Shown here one piece after another: positions 37,157 to 41,642 of a DNA stretch of 41,642 nt. Every line of letters starts with the position of its first letter. The first letter of the stretch is position 1. The translations under genes were made by a program, and so were the position numbers. Origin of the DNA: a virus (lineage: Duplodnaviria; Caudoviricetes); the IMG/VR virus record IMGVR_UViG_3300039239_000005, positions 1 to 41,642 of that record. One strand, written 5' to 3'. The notes beneath the pieces were generated by a model. That model did no database searches. It saw nothing but the letters and a program-made list of their open reading frames with translations, and was not told the origin of the DNA.

Positions 37157-37560
37157 GCTACCAGACCAGATCATGGGAACGGGATCGGCCGCCGATATTC
37201 ACGCCGAAGACCTACCTCTACGGTGATATCCCCGCGACGATCACACCGCCGCGCTACATGGTCGGAAGCCGTGTCGAGACGGAGGAAGAGTTCGACGAGA
37301 TGTCGGAATGGCTGACGGCGAACTGCCGTTGGACCTTCCGCATCATCGGCGAGCCTTTGCCGCCATTTGAACCCGGCTTGAAGGGCCTGTGCGATCTCGG
37401 CGATTTCCTCCGACATGCGATGCGAATCGCAGTGGCTCGCTCTTTGTCAGCCCGAGCGACGGGCGAAGTCCTCGAAATCCCGCCCAACCTCGTTTCAGTC
37501 GAGTTTCGCCGGAAGGAAGACGCGACCCTCTTCAAGATGTTCTGGGGGGCCGAAGGATGA
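37153..37560 (+). CDS. Hypothetical protein, paralog family B
   Basis: ATGA coupling at 37153; EMSEWL...VEFRRKEDATLFKMFWG. Confidence 0.75.
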   Translation: MSYQTRSWERDRPPIFTPKTYLYGDIPATITPPRYMVGSRVETEEEFDEMSEWLTANCRWTFRIIGEPLPPFEPGLKGLCDLGDFLRHAMRIAVARSLSARATGEVLEIPPNLVSVEFRRKEDATLFKMFWGAEG

Positions 37561-37904
37561 CCGTAATGACCCAGACCGACTTCGACCGGGCGATCCAGAA
37601 AGCCACCGCCCACAACACTCAATGGGTGCAGCGCACTCCCGGCAAGCATGTCGTCCAATGGCGCCGTGACCCGCCGGAGGAATTGTTCGACTGGCTAAAC
37701 GAACACGGGATCGCCCCGCATACCCGTGAACTGGTCAGCTATCGCGGTTTCAAATCCGTGCCGGATCAATCGCGCTCGTCGGGCTTCCGCGCCCAACTGA
37801 CCAACATCAACGAGATCGCATTCGACCATGCGAACGATGCGCTGCTGTGTTGGATGGCTTTCAGTGACGACGCGGCTCAGCCGTTTGAGGTGGATGAAGC
37901 ATGA
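37557..37904 (+). CDS. Hypothetical protein, paralog family B
   Basis: ATGA coupling; ELFDWL...IAFDHANDALLCWMAF. Confidence 0.72.
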   Translation: MTVMTQTDFDRAIQKATAHNTQWVQRTPGKHVVQWRRDPPEELFDWLNEHGIAPHTRELVSYRGFKSVPDQSRSSGFRAQLTNINEIAFDHANDALLCWMAFSDDAAQPFEVDEA

Positions 37905-38128
37905 GCCGCACCTACACCGACGCCGAACTGACGCCCCGGATGCTGGCACAGAAGCTCATGCTGTTCAGCCGGGCCGACGCCAACGCGCAGAACACCCGAT
38001 CCGAGATCAGCAAGACCCGGACCCGGCTGCACGAGCTTGAGAATCTGTTGGTCACGCTGGACGCCGAAGCCGTGGAAGCGGCCGAGTTCGCCGAAGCCTA
38101 CCTTCTGCGACACGGGCGGATGGATTGA
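37901..38128 (+). CDS. Small coiled-coil hypothetical protein
   Basis: ATGA coupling; 75 aa. Confidence 0.7.
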   Translation: MSRTYTDAELTPRMLAQKLMLFSRADANAQNTRSEISKTRTRLHELENLLVTLDAEAVEAAEFAEAYLLRHGRMD

Positions 38129-38182
38129 CCTAAAGAGTCATCGGCGCCATCATAACTCCAAAGCATCTAATGGGAGATTGCC

Positions 38183-38479
38183 TTGGACGTGCTGCTCTAC
38201 ATGATCCTGCCTTGGGTCGGGCTGTATTACGCGATGATGGCTCTCGTCGGCGTGTGCAATGGCCTCAAGCACGTCTGGATTCACATGCGCGGCGGTCAGG
38301 AGGCGGCTTCCCAGCGCGAAGACGCTTTCCGCCGGAGTGCGGCTTACAAAACCCACTTGAAGAACTACCGCGACGACGCGCGTCGTCAGGCTCGGCGCGC
38401 TGCTGACGCCGCCCGCGTGGCGTCTCAACGTGCTGCCGCCCAGCGCATCAAGTCCAACGCCGTGCGGCTGTTCCAATGA
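38183..38479 (+). CDS. Membrane-anchored hypothetical protein
   Basis: GGGAG RBS, TTG start, hydrophobic N-terminus then a basic helix. Confidence 0.65.
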   Translation: MDVLLYMILPWVGLYYAMMALVGVCNGLKHVWIHMRGGQEAASQREDAFRRSAAYKTHLKNYRDDARRQARRAADAARVASQRAAAQRIKSNAVRLFQ

Positions 38480-38577
38480 AGTCCGCCGCCCTGTCGTGTG
38501 ACGACACACTCGATATGTTCATTGAGCTTAAGGCCAAGCCGACGCATCCTTTGCGCCTCGTGCAAAAGGATTCGGCC

Positions 38578-38967
38578 ATGGCCTCGATCAAACCCCACGT
38601 CTGGACGTTCATGACGTTCGCTGCCGCCCTTCAAACCCTCGCGAAGGAACTGCCGACCCGTGTGACGGTGCGCCAACTGCTGACGTTCGCGATGATCGTC
38701 GAACAGGTAAGCCTTGGTCACAACATCACCATCGCGACCATCCGTGAGAAGGCTGGGAGCGATAAGCACGGTGATGAATTGCTCGGTCAGTCCATCGGCC
38801 GCAGCTACCAACTCTTCCTCAAGCCCACGAAGAAGGAACCTGACGCTCTGGGCTGGGCCTACGTCGAGGAAAACGAGGACGACCGACGCGAGAAATTCCT
38901 GCGCCTGACCCCGGAGGGCGAAGAGGTCGCCCTCAAGATCGCCAAGCTGCTGAAAGAGAAACCGTGA
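38578..38967 (+). CDS. MarR-like winged-helix regulator upstream of integrase (ORF could start at 38476)
   Basis: VTVRQLLTF...LGQSIGRSY..F...LGW..VEENEDDRREKFLRLTPEG wing motif; AAAGGA RBS before ATG 38578. Confidence 0.8.
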   Translation: MASIKPHVWTFMTFAAALQTLAKELPTRVTVRQLLTFAMIVEQVSLGHNITIATIREKAGSDKHGDELLGQSIGRSYQLFLKPTKKEPDALGWAYVEENEDDRREKFLRLTPEGEEVALKIAKLLKEKP

Positions 38968-39851
38968 AGGTCCGCGAACTCCTGCGCTACTGCGAAGTGC
39001 ACGAATGGCGGGGCGCCCGATCCAAGGCCACCCTCCGCACCAACATCAAGCAGCTTACCGCTCTGATCGGCGACGAGGACATCGCTGATCTGCATTACAC
39101 CCGGCTCAAGAAGCTGGCGTCCGACCTTGAGACTTACGGCCGGAAGGCGGCGGCGCCCGCGACCGTCAAGCGCAAGCTGGACACCCTGTCGAACGCGCTG
39201 ACCATCGCCACGCGGATGACGAACGACGATGGCTCACCGGTCCTGAAAGCCAAGCCGACTTTCCCGACGTTCGACATCAACAACATCCAAGAGCGCACGA
39301 TTTCCGACGCCGAACTGGCGGACATGTTCGAGGTCATCGCCGCCCGGCGCGAGGCCGAGCCGCACCGCGACTGGACGCGGTTCGACGCCTTCATGAGGTT
39401 CTTGCTGGCCACGGCCTGTCGGCGAGGCGAGGCGTTGCGGGTCTGGCCGGGACACATCGAGCAGCGCGACGCCCGGCACTTCGTGATCTTCGAACGCTAC
39501 ACGACCAAGAGTAAGAAGCCCCGGATCGTCCCGCTGTCGGCCGAGATTGTCAGGCTGCTTCCGGCACTGCGCCTACAGGCGGGCAATGGCCCGCTCTTTC
39601 CCTTCACCGCATCGGTTCTCTGGGGAATGTGGAAGGCGATCAGGCAGGACATGGCCGGGCGCGGTCATGATTTTTCGTTGGTCCGCTATCACTCCACCCG
39701 CCACACAACGCTGACCAAGGCGATGAAGCGATACCCTATCGCGCTCGTGTCCAAGCTCGCCGGTCACGCCAGCATCCAGATTACGGCTGATCGCTACGGC
39801 CACCTGTCGGCTGATGACCTCGTGGGTATGGTGGACGAGATCGCCGCCTAA
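38964..39851 (+). CDS. Tyrosine recombinase/integrase
   Basis: R (TACRRGEAL), K (TKSKKPR), HxxR (YHSTRHT), H (AGHASIQIT), Y (DRYGH) all present. Confidence 0.93.
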   Translation: MKVRELLRYCEVHEWRGARSKATLRTNIKQLTALIGDEDIADLHYTRLKKLASDLETYGRKAAAPATVKRKLDTLSNALTIATRMTNDDGSPVLKAKPTFPTFDINNIQERTISDAELADMFEVIAARREAEPHRDWTRFDAFMRFLLATACRRGEALRVWPGHIEQRDARHFVIFERYTTKSKKPRIVPLSAEIVRLLPALRLQAGNGPLFPFTASVLWGMWKAIRQDMAGRGHDFSLVRYHSTRHTTLTKAMKRYPIALVSKLAGHASIQITADRYGHLSADDLVGMVDEIAA

Positions 39852-41476
39852 TGGGTTTCGTCCGCGAACTCCAACGGCCCGCGATAATCACCCAACTCTT
39901 TGCCGGTGATCGTGCCTTCGATGTTCGGCATGGGGATGTCGAACGTCATCATGTCCTCGCCGATCCAGCGGAAGCGGTCGCCCATCCCGACGTAAATCCC
40001 GCCATCGGCTGGCATGATGAAGTCGAACAGGTCGTTGAGCATGGCGTTCGCCTTGGCGCGGGCCAGATAGACATCGGCATCCGGCGCCTCGCCCTCGACC
40101 ACGCTCAACCAATCAATGGTGTTGCGGATCGCCTCGTCGCCGCGCGTCTTGGTCCGCCGCTCAATCCCCATCCGCAGTTCGGCCGCTTCCTGTTCGAGGA
40201 TAGTCAGTTCATCCCGGCGACTGGCCAGACGTTCGGCGACGCCCGGCACCCTCTCTTCAAGCTGATCGAGTAGCGTTTCCATCCGACGCTTCACGTCGTC
40301 TATCTGGGCCAGCTTCACCACGAGAGCCGCCGTGTCGGGCGCCGAACGGTCCTCGTTCATGCGCGCGCGCATCAGGAAGAACATCAGCCGTTCCTCCACG
40401 TCGGTCGCGAGATAGCGGGTGGTGTTGTCGCAGTTGTGCTTCCGGCTCTGCTGGTAGCATCGGAAATGGCGGACGGCGGTCGAGTTCGCCCGCGATCCGA
40501 GGATCAGAGTTCCGCCACACTGCTCGCACAGGCCAAGGCCAAGCAGCAGATTGGCGAAGGTCTTGCCCCTACGGCCCTTGCCGCCGCCGCGCTTATTGCG
40601 CCGGGCCAGCATGTCTTGAGCGGTGTAGAACGTCGCGTCGTCGATCACGCGGGGATAGTAGTTCTCGATGATGTCGCCATCGGCCTCGCGTCCCATGCGC
40701 TGGCCCGGATTGTTGGTTGTGAGCGTCGGCTGATAGTAGCCGCAGACCGAAGGCGACCGCAGGATCGTCAACACATAGCCCTGATGCCAGCCGTCAGACC
40801 CTTTGACGAACGGCGGCACCTTCTCGGCGTTCAGCCTCGACGAAATGGCCGTGATCCCGAGGCCCTGATTACATTCGTCGAAGATGCGGCCGACGATCTT
40901 GGCCCGGTCGGCGATCAGCACGAATTTTTTGGACCGCTCGTCGAACTTGGTCCACGCCGGGCCGCGCCTCGACAGAACCTCGCCGGTCTCCCGCGCCCGC
41001 CGTTTCTTGTCCGCCCATGCAGCCCGCAATTTCTCGGCACGGGCTTTGTTCTCGTTGTGCGCCCGGCTCATGACGATGACCGCGCGCATGATGTCCATGG
41101 CGTCGGACCCGGCGTGATACTCGTGACCATCCACGAGGGTCACGACCTTGATCCCGGCCAGCGTGATCGACGTGAGCAGGTTGACCGCCACCATTTCTGT
41201 CTCACGGGACAGACGGTCGAAGCTCTCAATCAGGAAGTAGGAGCCGGTCGGGATGTCGCCTTGCTCGATCCTCTTGAGGAAGCTGGCCAGCGCGCCGCGC
41301 ACCCGGTGTTCGCCTTTGTAGGCAGAGACCCCAAGGTCGCGAGTGGTGGTGTCGAGTTCAACATCGGGCCGGGCCGCAGCCCAATCTTTAGCCGCCTGTA
41401 GCTGACGCCGGAGCGAGTCGCCCTCGCGCTGGGCCGCACTCGAAAAACGCATATAGGAGTAGGCTTTGACCGGCAT
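39848..41476 (-). CDS. Large serine recombinase (serine integrase)
   Basis: YMRFSS catalytic Ser, FDRLSR, recombinase domain, CEQCG...FRC...C zinc ribbon, coiled coil; start codon ~40 bp from the junction. Confidence 0.95.
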   Translation of the reverse strand: MPVKAYSYMRFSSAAQREGDSLRRQLQAAKDWAAARPDVELDTTTRDLGVSAYKGEHRVRGALASFLKRIEQGDIPTGSYFLIESFDRLSRETEMVAVNLLTSITLAGIKVVTLVDGHEYHAGSDAMDIMRAVIVMSRAHNENKARAEKLRAAWADKKRRARETGEVLSRRGPAWTKFDERSKKFVLIADRAKIVGRIFDECNQGLGITAISSRLNAEKVPPFVKGSDGWHQGYVLTILRSPSVCGYYQPTLTTNNPGQRMGREADGDIIENYYPRVIDDATFYTAQDMLARRNKRGGGKGRRGKTFANLLLGLGLCEQCGGTLILGSRANSTAVRHFRCYQQSRKHNCDNTTRYLATDVEERLMFFLMRARMNEDRSAPDTAALVVKLAQIDDVKRRMETLLDQLEERVPGVAERLASRRDELTILEQEAAELRMGIERRTKTRGDEAIRNTIDWLSVVEGEAPDADVYLARAKANAMLNDLFDFIMPADGGIYVGMGDRFRWIGEDMMTFDIPMPNIEGTITGKELGDYRGPLEFADETH

Positions 41477-41482
41477 ATCGGA

Positions 41483-41519
41483 CCAATATCAGAGGCTGTT
41501 TAATAGTCTCCCAAAGTAT
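41483..41519. repeat. Right attachment junction (element-side arm)
   Basis: ...CAGAGGCTGTTTAATAGTCTCCCAAAGT-AT; imperfect inverted repeat of the left arm; host-like coding starts at 41518. Confidence 0.8.
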
Positions 41520-41642
41520 GAACTGCCAGTTGATCGGACCCAGTTTGTCGCCCAGTTCGGTCAGGCCCTGGTTCAGGAACTTGTCGAAACTCTCGGCGCC
41601 ATCGGACAGCACCTTGCGATTGGTGCAATAGCGGCTGGCCTT
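41518..41642 (-). pseudogene. 5' part of interrupted host DUF72 gene, begins beyond window end
   Basis: Minus strand reads KASRYCTNRKVLSDGAESFDKFLNQGLTELGDKLGPINWQF (KLGP..WQ DUF72 motif), then switches to element sequence. Confidence 0.85.

Larger units (their letters stand above)
124..41519. mobile_element. Complete T7-like (Autographiviridae-type) prophage-like element integrated in a DUF72 gene
   Basis: The host gene is split at an AT dinucleotide present at both junctions (124-125 and 41518-41519). Contains T7-type RNAP, portal, capsid, tail and terminase genes, with a serine recombinase adjacent to the right junction. Confidence 0.92.

Noticed and set aside
38964-39900. Tyrosine-integrase att site or tRNA target
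   Set aside because: No tRNA fragment or long direct repeat seen next to the gene or at the element ends; the junctions fit a serine recombinase.

Overview
The window holds one complete ~41.4 kb integrated element (124..41519) with 123 bp of host DNA on each side. It is inserted at an AT dinucleotide that splits a minus-strand host DUF72 (YecE-like) gene. The two flanks rejoin in frame as ...GPINWQF-M-GTKKFDPEDFEGFLKLLP.... The element is a T7-like (Autographiviridae-type, phiKMV-like gene order) prophage, probably from a high-GC alphaproteobacterium (inference). It encodes a single-subunit RNA polymerase, an essentially intact podovirus virion module, two tail fibres and small and large terminase. 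It also carries a fused double DNA methyltransferase, an ArdC-like polyvalent protein, two HNH endonucleases, DUF892 cargo, small early genes, a MarR-like regulator, a tyrosine recombinase and a large serine recombinase next to the att site. Most strikingly, both ends are visible yet I can recognise no DNA polymerase, primase/helicase, T7-type SSB, exonuclease, ligase or stand-alone endolysin/spanin. In the excised circle, the slot between the tyrosine integrase and the RNA polymerase, where related phages keep their replication genes, holds only the serine recombinase, attP and an HNH gene. This suggests a capsid-sized, virion-encoding but replisome-less T7-like element (satellite-like, host-replicated or GTA-like). 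All product calls come from motif recognition by eye; no database searches were run.
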